From Paecilomyces variotii (lineage: Eukaryota), in assembly GCA_004022145.1 (NCBI GenBank), contig RCNU01000006.1: DNA of 64,000 nt, one strand, 5' to 3'. A model generated the notes under the pieces. It was not told the DNA's origin, ran no database searches, and saw only the letters and a list, made by a program, of their open reading frames with translations. The translations under genes were made by a program, and so were the position numbers. How positions within the stretch are numbered: position 1 is the stretch's first letter; every line of letters starts with the position of its first letter. Shown one piece after another: positions 1-10,113 of the stretch.

Positions 1-202
1 ACTACAAAATTCCTAGAGAGAAATTATGAGACCATTGGAATATCAGCTTTTTCGATCTTTTCACATCATGGCATTTCGTGTGCTTAAGATATCCAAATGC
101 TGTCTAATATATAGGGGTTCCAGTTTCCGTGAGAAGAGGCATCGATATGAAGCATACACTCGAATTTGAGCCCGATAACGCCACCAAGAGGTTCCATCTC
201 TA

Positions 203-1379
203 TCATGTTTTCGTGCCGTCCAACAGCGCCACTATACACGTGCTATTGTCGCTGCCATAACGAGCCGCCGTTACGTTGACAATTTCTTGCGCAATATCCC
301 TCGCTCGCTCGCCGGTTGAAGATGATCTCATAACATGCTCTAGCAGTGCCTTCTCATCTGTCGAGTCGGATACTCCATCACTGCTGCACACCAACGCGTA
401 GCGTTTCTCGGGGGAGAGATTGACCCTCGAAAGATGTGCCTTGTTGGATAGAAAGTCGCCACGGTTCCCTGGTGGTACGACGGCAGCAGTTCTTGATTTG
501 GCACTCATCTCGTCGTCCATGGTGTTCACAGGATTCTTATACTGGAGGTCGCCCAGGGCTCGCGACATATTTAAGGAACCTACGACGATCAGCCAAGAAC
601 CTCCCTGCGATCGAGTTTGCTGGCAACTTACCCACGCGCGTAGTTCCTGTGCTATTGTTTACGCTCCCTCCGGCTTCTCTGATTCGCGCTTTTTCATCGG
701 CGTGGCCCGGTTTATGGGCCTTGGTGAGACGTTGCTAGCACCAGAACCGTTAATAAAGCTCATCTCTCAAGCAGATGAATATGGTCCACCTACCACATTG
801 ATCGGCTTGCCTCCCGAAAGATCTCGTTCCGCTAGCACTATATGCGAGTCCCCTAGGTTTCCTACTACCAATATCCCCTTTGTTAAATTGGCAAAGCACA
901 GAGCTACCGTAGATCCTGAGACGGCAGGCTCTGTACTATGCGACATAAACTTGTTTAGCAGAGCTTCATCCTCGTCAACAAATGCCTCGGCGATAGCGGT
1001 ATCGTAATCACCAGCTTCGAATTCTGGACGCTTCACCAGCAGCTGAGGAAGGTTCTTCCTGGCATGTTCTGCCACCGATGCGGAGCCACTGCGATAAAAC
1101 GTCAGATACTGGTCCAAGAACAAACAGCTTCTTGAAAATGGTCCTTACTGTCCGTCAAATATAGCAAAAAGGGCCAATTTATCTACTGTATCAGCAGGGA
1201 ACTGGTCTGGCAGAATAAACACGTAACGATCCTCTTGGTCCGGCCGGCTTCCTTGTGCCTATTGAGCTCCCGATAACTATAAGTTAGCCTCCTCAATCAT
1301 GCGGTACATAGCCAAGGAGAATGGTATTCACCATGCCTGCGCCGGTGTCAATGAGAAAGACCGTCTCTGATGAAGACAT
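203..1379 (-). CDS. Protein phosphatase 2C (PP2C/PPM) family protein, 5 exons
   Basis: Exons ~1379-1332, 1258-1149, 1088-794, 734-632, 579-203, all with GT-AG introns. PP2C motifs: QGSRPDQED, AIFDGHG, SGST, NLGDS, HKP, SRALGD, SDG and GSDNST. Confidence 0.9.
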
Positions 1380-2043
1380 GATGGTTGTACGAAGCATTTG
1401 GCGGCGCGGAGCTGATTGCGCGCAACACCTGACTCGGTCTAATATAGATTGATTGATCGAATCCAAGTCACTTGGATCTCACGATCTGTATATGTTTGTT
1501 TAGAATGACTAGTGATGATGGGCTGACATCACATCACTTATAATAATTGCCCCAAGCGCCACGCTCGAAACCTTCAGAAAATAAAGGTTCGAACGGCTTA
1601 AACGGCCCGGACGGAGGCCATTTTCTTACAGTCGTCACTGGGTTGTGCCTTACGGAGATTCATCCAAGGAGTAGTAGTTATGGCCGCCGATGTCGTTTAC
1701 ATCACGTACTGGGATCTTGGTATCCCTGCGCGAGATGCAGCGAAGAATTGCATTCGCCTTGAAAAGAGGAAAGGTTAGGACCGTTCCTGGCCTTGCTTGA
1801 ATGTGGGACGGATCAGCCCTGCTTAGTGACGCACCTGGTGAACCGTGAATATCTTGTCCTTCCAACAATGACGATCCATCTTCGAGAAGCAGCTAAACAG
1901 CCTTGTTGCGCACGGTCCAGTTTCCCCGGACCAGCGCGAACACTTCGCTTTCGATCTGTCAGCATGATTCGGGTTTCCCCATAACGCTTCGTAACTCCTA
2001 CCTTATTTCTCTCCACAGAATCATTCGGATTTTTAAGCCTGGC

Positions 2044-3075
2044 ATGGGCTGGGTAGGAGTGGGTGCGATTATCGTCACGGCATGCTTTCTGCTTTATCGA
2101 TGTCCACCTTCTACCTGGGCATCCGGGCCTGGGACGAGCCTGCCGGAGTCGAAACCCGCCGGCCATAATCTTCCTCCTGTTCTCGAGAATGATAACGAGA
2201 AAACGCCTTCTGAGTCTGGAGAGAAGGTAGTGGAAGAAGACAAAGATGGTGGAGCGGCTCAAGAAACACCTAAAGCCAGCGCGACAGTCGCGCCGGCTAT
2301 GGATATCCCGAGTCTGAGTCTCGACAGCGAACACGCGACTGCAAAGCCAGGAGGATCTAAACCGCCTGAATATAACAAGCCGGCAGAGCATCTGATGCCC
2401 CCGCCATCTACGAAGCCTCCAGCATTCGCAGCTGCTACCCCTACGTTGAGCGCAAGCAGTTCCTCCTTGATGGCCCCTCCCCCACCTCGACTCCGAACGG
2501 CTCCCCAACAGCCTCAGCAAAACACACGACCGAAGACTGATGGGCTCCTTTCGGTGCCACGTGTGAAGTCAAGTACTCCTTTGCGCCCTCCCCCCTCTGC
2601 GGCGTCTTCTCTGCGCGCTCCGCCATCCAGCCGCCTCTCAAGCAGCACCCTCGCTCCAAAGCCGTCCCCTGCGAACGCGCGACACTCCAGGAAAGTGATT
2701 CTGGAACCGGGCCACTCGCCACTGGATTGGGCTGCGTTGACATCCAATCCGAATAGCAACCTACGGGGCGCCGGTCTCCCTCCTACGCTTATCAGGGTCA
2801 CGCCGTCGATGCTGAAGGTAATGAACGGACGGAAAGGGACAGATGCGTGGACTTCCTACCAAGGAAAGGTGTACAACATTACTCCGTACCTCCCTTTTCA
2901 TCCTGGAGGCAAAGGGGAACTGCTGCGAGGCGCAGGCAAGGATTCAGGGAAGCTTTTTGCAGAAGTCCATCCCTGGGTGAACTGGGACGGGTTGCTGGGG
3001 GAGTGCCTTGTAGGAATACTGGTTTCGGAGCATGACGCCCAGGCGCAGGAGAATTCTTTGGATGCTATGGACTGA
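2044..3075 (+). CDS. Cytochrome b5-like heme/steroid-binding domain protein (Irc21-like)
   Basis: ATG at 2044 (MGWVGVGAIIVTACFLL, a membrane anchor), a Pro/Ser-rich middle, then KVILEPGHSPLDWA and a cyt-b5 domain with VYNITPYLPFHPGG and HPWVN. Confidence 0.85.
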   Translation: MGWVGVGAIIVTACFLLYRCPPSTWASGPGTSLPESKPAGHNLPPVLENDNEKTPSESGEKVVEEDKDGGAAQETPKASATVAPAMDIPSLSLDSEHATAKPGGSKPPEYNKPAEHLMPPPSTKPPAFAAATPTLSASSSSLMAPPPPRLRTAPQQPQQNTRPKTDGLLSVPRVKSSTPLRPPPSAASSLRAPPSSRLSSSTLAPKPSPANARHSRKVILEPGHSPLDWAALTSNPNSNLRGAGLPPTLIRVTPSMLKVMNGRKGTDAWTSYQGKVYNITPYLPFHPGGKGELLRGAGKDSGKLFAEVHPWVNWDGLLGECLVGILVSEHDAQAQENSLDAMD

Positions 3076-3286
3076 GAGGGCAGCGATACCGGCATTTTGG
3101 GATGAGTTGATTTCACCCCAAGTCATTGCGATAGATTTTGGATACCCTATAGACAACATGTATATTACATATCCTGGACATAATAGACCATTGTTTTTGT
3201 TCGTTTTCTATGACCGTCCGCGGTGTCAGCGGCGCCAGAATCCCCCGATATTAAAGTCCTCTTCATGCGTTGGAAACAGCCGTCTT

Positions 3287-3874
3287 TCACAGCTCATCCT
3301 TGTTGACACCGTCAATGCCCACGAGCTCCGTCTCGAAGATAAGCGTCGAGCCACCGGGGATCGGGCCAATGCCGCGATCACCATAGCCATACTCCGGAGG
3401 AATGGTGAGGGTCCGCTTCTCGCCAATACACATGTCGAGCAGACCTTGGTCCCATCTAAATCAATGTAATACCTGTCAGCAAGTCTGCACATAACCGCAG
3501 AAAGCAATCAATAAACAGCGACAGAGCCGGACAACTGCAGAGATCCCGCCCAATGAGACATTATACACATCTACACCAAGCCGCTGCACCCACAACCCCA
3601 TACAATATACCCCCTAATGATATCTAGCACTGTCCACTCACCCTTTAATAACCCTCCCTGTTCCAAGCTTGAATGTCAGCGGCGTGCCGCGATCATAGCT
3701 AGCATCAAACTGCGATCCATCCGACGCGAGCGTTCCACGATAATGCATGTGGACCGTATCTCCCTGGACAGTCTTGCGTTTGCACTCGACTTCCTTGGTC
3801 GTCTTGATGCCGAGCTCAGCGGCAAACACGGCTGTTACGGAGAGAAAAGCGGAAGTTAGGATGGAGAGACGCAT
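3287..3874 (-). CDS. fpr2: ER-luminal FKBP-type peptidyl-prolyl isomerase (FKBP13/Fpr2-like)
   Basis: Exons 3874-3642 and 3455-3287. Signal peptide, [34 protein letters not shown], and a C-terminal KDEL. Confidence 0.93.
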
Positions 3875-4906
3875 TGTTGCAGTGTAGTTAGACTAAGTGG
3901 TGCTTGGTTTTTTTCAATTGGTTTTGGAAAATGGATGAGGCGAGGAGAGTCTCGGTTTGAATGCTGCAATGGGTTTAAGATTAGGAGTATGGTAGGGTCG
4001 CTTGTTAAGTGGTGAAGCTGTTGCGGACAATCTGGGGGACAGATTGTTCCTTTTCCCTTTCTGGAATAGTGGGACTTGATGATAAGATAAGCTTAGATGA
4101 GAATAAGTAGATGCATCTTAGAGTTGAGGGGAATATAGGTAAGTACCATAGTCTGTACTGGATCTAGGCAAGTTCTGGGATCTTCAAGTTTACGGAAAAC
4201 AGTCACTGATTGAGTAGATATTTGATTTTCTCCTACATTTGTTTCCAGGCTTCCAGTTGCGGCCCACCATGGAGCAGAATCAGCAATGTTCCATTTCGAC
4301 CGACCGGATATTGTGAATCAATTTGGTCTAGACCTCATAGTACAGACTTACTTAGTCTTCGGATACATTTCCTGTTTGCGTCTATTTGAGATGCACCATC
4401 CCGTCCCCCTGAGAAAGGATGCAGGCAACCTGTCAACACCTAGTCGCTATGCTAGAAGCCGAGCTGCATCTTAACTCAGCTACAGGTATGCGGTTTTACA
4501 CACAGCGATCCATTTGAATCAGACATTCATCAAAGAAGACATTCTGCATGGAAGATACAGTCTCGGATAGTCGTGGGAGTTGTATCTGGACCCTCCGTAG
4601 GTCCTGGGGCATAAGTACCTAGGTAGGTGATGGATTTTCTTGAATTTAGTTCTTCGAGCGATCTATAAAGAATTCTCCATCCTAGACCTATATTCTGCTT
4701 CAGTCGTTGCTTCAGGTGTTCCAGGATCTGACGCTTTCTCAGAATATCTATATCTATATATATATATATATGCCGCGGAGAATCTCGCTTCTCACCTTAT
4801 ATATGGTAGTAGAGACATCTAGTGGGCGAGAGACAGATACCACAAATGGCTCGTGTCTTCTATAGAGAAGAAATGAAAACGTTATAACTTGCCGAGGATA
4901 GAATGC

Positions 4907-4970
4907 AAAGAAGAGAGGAAAGAAGAGAGGAAAGAAGAGAGGAAAGAAGAGAGGAAAGAGAGGGAAGAGG
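4907..4970 (+). repeat. 12-bp purine tandem repeat (AAAGAAGAGAGG)x4 plus a degenerate tail
   Basis: Directly visible tandem units. Confidence 0.85.
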
Positions 4971-6254
4971 AAAAAGGTACTTACCGGCATGGCCCCTCAA
5001 GAGTTGTTCTTAAATAGCTTATCTCTTGACTTGGCATACCTCCTTTTCTTTTCTTTCCTTTTCTCTTCGATTCAACTAACATCCTATTAGACGCGGCCAC
5101 CTCGACAAGCCTCTGATTCACTGCCCCGAAATGAGAAACAGGGATATCTCAGGCTCATGGCTCCCCAAAGAAGCAATGACTAGGAAAATGACTCCGAACA
5201 CATTCCACTCGCGCTAACTGTTGCCATAGCCCTCGACTATATTCCCTTCGTCTATACATACACCTGGGCAGTTGCATCTATTCGGATTAACTCATGCGCG
5301 CCAACCTTCTATTAATGCCCATTGATGCCGTGAGGGGACGGATCGTGCTACCTGACGACATATTTCGTGTGGAATTAGCAGCGTCATGCGACATGGAACA
5401 AAGACCACGGAGTGGTGGAGAATAATACTTGGGTCCCTTCTATAAGGAATTTCTCGGGAACTCCCTACCTAGGGAGTCCCTGGCGGAGTTCTCCCACATC
5501 TTCTCAGCGAGCTCCACCCAGGGGGATAAATAGCCTGAGCCTGCTAGAGAATCCAAGCATCAGGCGGCTTCAACCTGCGAAGAATACTGGAGAAAGGCTG
5601 GCTGTTGCGGTCAGCAATCTCAGACCAACTGATGTGTTTTAGAGAAGCGCAGGTCTTCCTCCATGTTGATGACTTCTGATTGGAAGCAGAAGAGGACGGG
5701 TTTGGGATGTGGACAGGGTGACTCATGTTGAGAGCTCGTTTTCTGTATATAGCACAGCACAAGGACGAACTGTAATAGCATAAACTCATTGCATCGCTAT
5801 ATGCATGACGTACAAGGATAGTAACTAGCATTTGTCCACAAAGGATGACAATACCTACGAAACTTGAGGAGTTCATTTCAAGAGTACCTGTTATTCCTCA
5901 ACTCCGTTTACTGATCATGGCACACTAACATAAGAAGGCACTGATTCTATCAGAGATTCCTCAATATAACTGCTCTAATATGTGACGCTTTCAGTGCTAA
6001 AGAGAAAGGATAACATATACCAGTCGTCTGGTTTCGAGTAGAAGCAGTCTTGTTTTCTTTATCTTTAGTGTTCCAGTCTGGCCGGGACAGAAGCAGCATG
6101 ACTAAGCAATGCACGGACCACATTTAGCTGGTTGTCGACATCGCGCGAAAACTCGCACAGCAATTCATTCTTCTTGACAAGGCGACAATCCTTCCACTAC
6201 TTCCATTCTTGCCTGGCTTGGAGCTCTACCAGGACAATAATAGTGTAACTTAAG

Positions 6255-6439
6255 GTATGTGACACTATTCCAGCTATAACCCTTCCTCGAGTACCATGAT
6301 GAGCACTTTTATTGGAGCTGTCCTACCTTTTCCATGAGGACAAACTCATAAATACGCAACTTTAACTACCTGACTTTCCTCTTCTCTCTACACTCAGCCA
6401 TCCGCAGTTCCTCTAGTGAATACTGCTAACATTATCCAG
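6255..6439 (+). other. 5'-UTR intron of ssu72 (probable snoRNA host)
   Basis: GTATGT donor at 6255, GCTAAC branch site at ~6425, CCAG acceptor ending 6439, upstream of the ATG at 6561. Confidence 0.75.
6292..6378 (+). ncRNA. Probable intronic box C/D snoRNA
   Basis: C box ATGATGA 6296-6302, C' ATGAGGA 6334-6340, D box CTGA 6370-6373. The 11-nt element TATTGGAGCTG (6310-6320) is antisense to the conserved 18S rRNA sequence CAGCTCCAATA. Located about 50 nt upstream of the branch point. Confidence 0.72.
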
Positions 6440-6560
6440 GGCCTTCCAGAAGCTAGTTTAAATATCCTCCCTGTCACCAACACTACCTCATTCTTTTCTT
6501 AGAGCACTCTGGATTCCTTCTCGTAATATAGTCATAAAACACTCTAATAGCAAAATAAAT

Positions 6561-7439
6561 ATGGCTTCTGATCCTAGACTGGCAAGAAATGAGTCGGCCA
6601 CTCCCACCTCAGTTCCTCCTCCACCTCCGCCCCCTCCGCCAGAGTCTGCCTCGTCCAATCTTCCCTCTACCATGGACGGCCAGGCAGACGTTGGAGCCGC
6701 GGTGACACCGTCAGAATCTGGTTCATACAAACTGAAGTTCTGCACAGTCTGTGCCTCAAATCAGAACAGATCGATGGAGGCTCATATGCGTCTCTCGACT
6801 GCACCGACTCCTTATCCGGTAATATCTTTCGGTACCGGTTCGTTGGTACGACTACCTGGCCCGTCTATTACTCAGCCCAATGTCTACAACTTCAACACCG
6901 TTTCTTACGCCCAAATATACGATGAGTTGTATCAGAAGGACCCAAGGCTATATCGAAACAATGGGCTCCTGAATATGCTCGAGCGGAACAAGAACGTGAA
7001 GTGGGGTCCCGAAAGATTTCAAGATTGGGTACCAGGTCTGCCACGGTTAGATCATGTATCCAAGGGCGATAAAGGCGCCTTGGGAACAGAAGGTGGTATT
7101 GTCGACGTGATTATCACCTGCGAAGAGCGATGCTGGGACGCTGTTGTCGACGATCTTATGAACAAAGGATCACCCCTCAATCGCCCAGTGCACGTCTTCA
7201 ATGTTGACATCAAAGATAATCATGAAGAGGCCCTCGTGGGAGGTAAAGCCATACTCGACCTTGCCGACAGATTGAACGAGGCTGCCAACCAAGAGCGCCA
7301 GGCGAACGGTACTATCGGCTGGGGAAACGGTACTGGCGAGGCAAGACGAAATTTCGACGAACGAGTCCCAGAAATATTGGCTGAGTGGCAGGAAAAATGG
7401 CCCAACTTTCCGTCGTTATGGACGTTGGCTTGGCTTTGA
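6561..7439 (+). CDS. ssu72: RNA polymerase II CTD phosphatase Ssu72
   Basis: Catalytic motif [13 protein letters not shown], plus [19 protein letters not shown] and [11 protein letters not shown]. Confidence 0.96.
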   Translation: MASDPRLARNESATPTSVPPPPPPPPPESASSNLPSTMDGQADVGAAVTPSESGSYKLKFCTVCASNQNRSMEAHMRLSTAPTPYPVISFGTGSLVRLPGPSITQPNVYNFNTVSYAQIYDELYQKDPRLYRNNGLLNMLERNKNVKWGPERFQDWVPGLPRLDHVSKGDKGALGTEGGIVDVIITCEERCWDAVVDDLMNKGSPLNRPVHVFNVDIKDNHEEALVGGKAILDLADRLNEAANQERQANGTIGWGNGTGEARRNFDERVPEILAEWQEKWPNFPSLWTLAWL

Positions 7440-8123
7440 ATCGACAACACGAGGCATTTGCATGATGGGTGTATTAATAGCATGGCGTTTGAGGATATCA
7501 TGGATGGATTTATGGGCCCCCATCTTCATTTCTGGGTTCGACATGGCATAGTGAAAACCATATCTGCGAGCGGAGCTGATCACTGCAAACGAATAGTCAT
7601 AATAAACGCAAGAAACATCATGTTGATTTCTTTCTATCTCCGAAATAACCGGTATGCATATCGGTTCCTCCAAGCTTACCAGGCAAAAGATCGTTCGAGT
7701 GGTTTATGAGCCTCTTTAGATCTTTGTCATTCGAGACATGCCCCGCATAGCTCTTGGTTGGAATCGGGATAACTCCAACAGTTGTGGGATCAGATAGGCC
7801 CGTCCCGCGCGTTTCCGCGTCTTCCCTAAGCGGGAAATAATAACAGGACAAACATACAGAAGGTCCCATGCAATGGCTAACCATGACAATCCGGCAGTAG
7901 CTGTCCAGCTGTGTTTCCAGTGAATAACCCCCATGCCAGGTTTAGTCTAGGGGGTTGCTGCATTTGGAAGCATGCGCTGTTGCCCTCCTGACATTAACTG
8001 CACCCATTTTCACGTGGAACCTTGCAGACTACTTTCAACTTCCTGAATAATCATACCTCTTGAGACTCACAAACAAATATTATCTAAATTTATGCTCACT
8101 TATTGAAACCATCATTATTCAAG

Positions 8124-9713
8124 ATGGCTGATGATAACGAAGACCATTACTTTGGGTTGACACCCATCGACCAGATCATGCCGCGTGGATATACACGTAT
8201 GGCTTTCTGTTTTCCGTTCGTTTCTGATAACCCTGTTCCAGCAATCGAGGCTCTTCAACAGGCGTACAAAGCTACAATCGCTCGTTTCCCTTTCATGGCT
8301 GGTACTGTCGCTCTCGAGAGAGATGGAGGGGAGCACACCGGTAGACTCGAGGTGCGCTACAATAACCACGATGTCGAAGAAGCGCACGTTTTCATCAAGA
8401 GACTCGAACCCCCCGAGTTTCCTCACACCTACGAAGAGCTGAAGAGCATGGGAATGCCTCCTAGCAAGCTTCCAGGTCCACTCATCTCACCACTCTCTGA
8501 TTTTCCAGATGCTACCAGGCCTTGTCCGGTCATGGCACTGCAGGCCAACTTCTTACCAGGCGGACTCATTCTGGCCGTCTACACCCACCGCAATGTCACC
8601 GATGCTACTGGCACTGCTGTCTTTCTCTATGCACTACGACAGAGCCTGGAGACCCATGGAGATACCCCGATAAACTTACCTGAGTTTGCTGATGACAAGC
8701 TGCGACTTCTTCTCACCCCAGGTTTACCACATACTAGTCCGCTGCATGAGCATCCAGAATACACGCTGGATACGGACCTAGTTGCAGTCTCTTCCCCTGG
8801 AGCAAGCCCTGGGAAAGGTTCTGACCGCAGAGAGGACGACCCTAGAGTCGAAGAGACGCAGCATTTAAACCAGGGGAAGATATTTGTCCTCTCTGAAGAA
8901 AAAGTTGAAGATCTCAAGAGATACTTGGTAAGTCGCGCCTCAGAGGAACAGAGCATGGATCAGGCAGGGAGTAGGACCCAAAGGCCCGTGGTCATGACAA
9001 AAGACGACACTCTGTGTGCTCTTATTTGGGTTTTTGTTACTCGTGCTCGTGCTCGTGCTCTGTGGCACACTACCCCTCAGAGCGAATCTCCAGACGACGA
9101 GTTATCAAGCTCGCTTAACATGTCTATCAGCATTCGGGGTCATATAGAACCACCAATACCCGCCTTCTATGTTGGCACAAGTGTGGTTTACTCCCAAGCA
9201 ACGCTTCCAGTGAAGACACTTCTTGGCGCAGACGGTGCAGGCCTCTTCATAGATGCCCAGTCATATTCAGTTCCTCCTAGTGCAGCATCTGCTCTTGCCC
9301 AGTCTGCCATCCAAATCCGTCATGCCGTTGACAGAGTGACTCCCTCACATGTCAGATCCCTCATATCCCTCTGCCATTCCACTGCAGATATCCGGCATCT
9401 ACAAGCGAACGTGCGTTGTGCGGGTGGCCCAGATGTTCTCATAACCAGCTGGAGTGATTTGAATCTCTCAGAGGGCGTGTGGGTTATTCCTGGATTAGGG
9501 AATAATGGCAACGTCGAGTTCATTCGCAAGCCATGGAGTCGCCAGGATGGAGCAATGATCTTGATGCCGAGAATTGACTTTGCGAACTACCACGGTAGTG
9601 ATGATGACGATGCAGATGGCCTGGAGGTCCTTATCCAACTGCGTAAAGAGGCTATGCGTTGTCTGGAGCAAGATACAGGCTTTATGTCCTACGTTACGAG
9701 AGTCATTGAGTAA
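8124..9713 (+). CDS. CoA-dependent acyltransferase (BAHD/trichothecene 3-O-acetyltransferase-like transferase family)
   Basis: Intronless. LTPIDQIMPR, FPFMAG, QANFLPGGLIL, HRNVTDATG at the HXXXD position, ITSW, and EFIRKP. Confidence 0.85.
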   Translation: MADDNEDHYFGLTPIDQIMPRGYTRMAFCFPFVSDNPVPAIEALQQAYKATIARFPFMAGTVALERDGGEHTGRLEVRYNNHDVEEAHVFIKRLEPPEFPHTYEELKSMGMPPSKLPGPLISPLSDFPDATRPCPVMALQANFLPGGLILAVYTHRNVTDATGTAVFLYALRQSLETHGDTPINLPEFADDKLRLLLTPGLPHTSPLHEHPEYTLDTDLVAVSSPGASPGKGSDRREDDPRVEETQHLNQGKIFVLSEEKVEDLKRYLVSRASEEQSMDQAGSRTQRPVVMTKDDTLCALIWVFVTRARARALWHTTPQSESPDDELSSSLNMSISIRGHIEPPIPAFYVGTSVVYSQATLPVKTLLGADGAGLFIDAQSYSVPPSAASALAQSAIQIRHAVDRVTPSHVRSLISLCHSTADIRHLQANVRCAGGPDVLITSWSDLNLSEGVWVIPGLGNNGNVEFIRKPWSRQDGAMILMPRIDFANYHGSDDDDADGLEVLIQLRKEAMRCLEQDTGFMSYVTRVIE

Positions 9714-10113
9714 TAGTACCGTTTCCGAGAGAAAAGTCGACTATACAACCAATGTCCTGCTGGAAGGAACCAGGAATCAAAAAGAAAAGAAAGGAAAAAA
9801 AAGAACGATGGGCAATGAGGTCACTTGAAGTGTTAAAGTGGTAGTTGCATGGCGAACCTGGTCTTGATGTTTGCAACTATGTATGAGATACCACACTGCC
9901 TAGAGCGGTAGAAGCGTGTTTATTAAACAAAGAAACGCGTTCATTGCTTTTATGTTTATTTCCATGAATGAAACGCTTGATAGCTATATCAATTCCTCAG
10001 TGCACATATAGTGGGGTATCTAAGAACTCCAGTAAAAACTATATAGGCCCACATGCCAAAAACTCCGAACCCAATTACTATATCTTCGAATGCCTTCTGT
10101 CTCCAAAGGGTGA

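Noticed and set aside
420-1007. Long plus-strand ORFs over the PP2C gene, and similar antisense ORFs over the helicase, spa2, hmg1, ent3, IQGAP and NDH-2
   Set aside because: Shadow frames of real genes with no independent motifs.
1511-1538. GTGATGA...CTGA with a short inverted repeat
   Set aside because: The boxes are only 4 nt apart, too short for a snoRNA.
1903-2043. N-terminal extension of the cytochrome b5 ORF
   Set aside because: It depends on a TTG start; the ATG at 2044 before the membrane anchor is more plausible.
3456-3641. Long FKBP intron as a possible snoRNA host
   Set aside because: No C box or rRNA guide found.
5040-5900. Possible decayed gene (LHPGG*I, methyltransferase-like) and an imperfect hairpin at ~5447-5491
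   Set aside because: Similarity is too weak to assign by eye.
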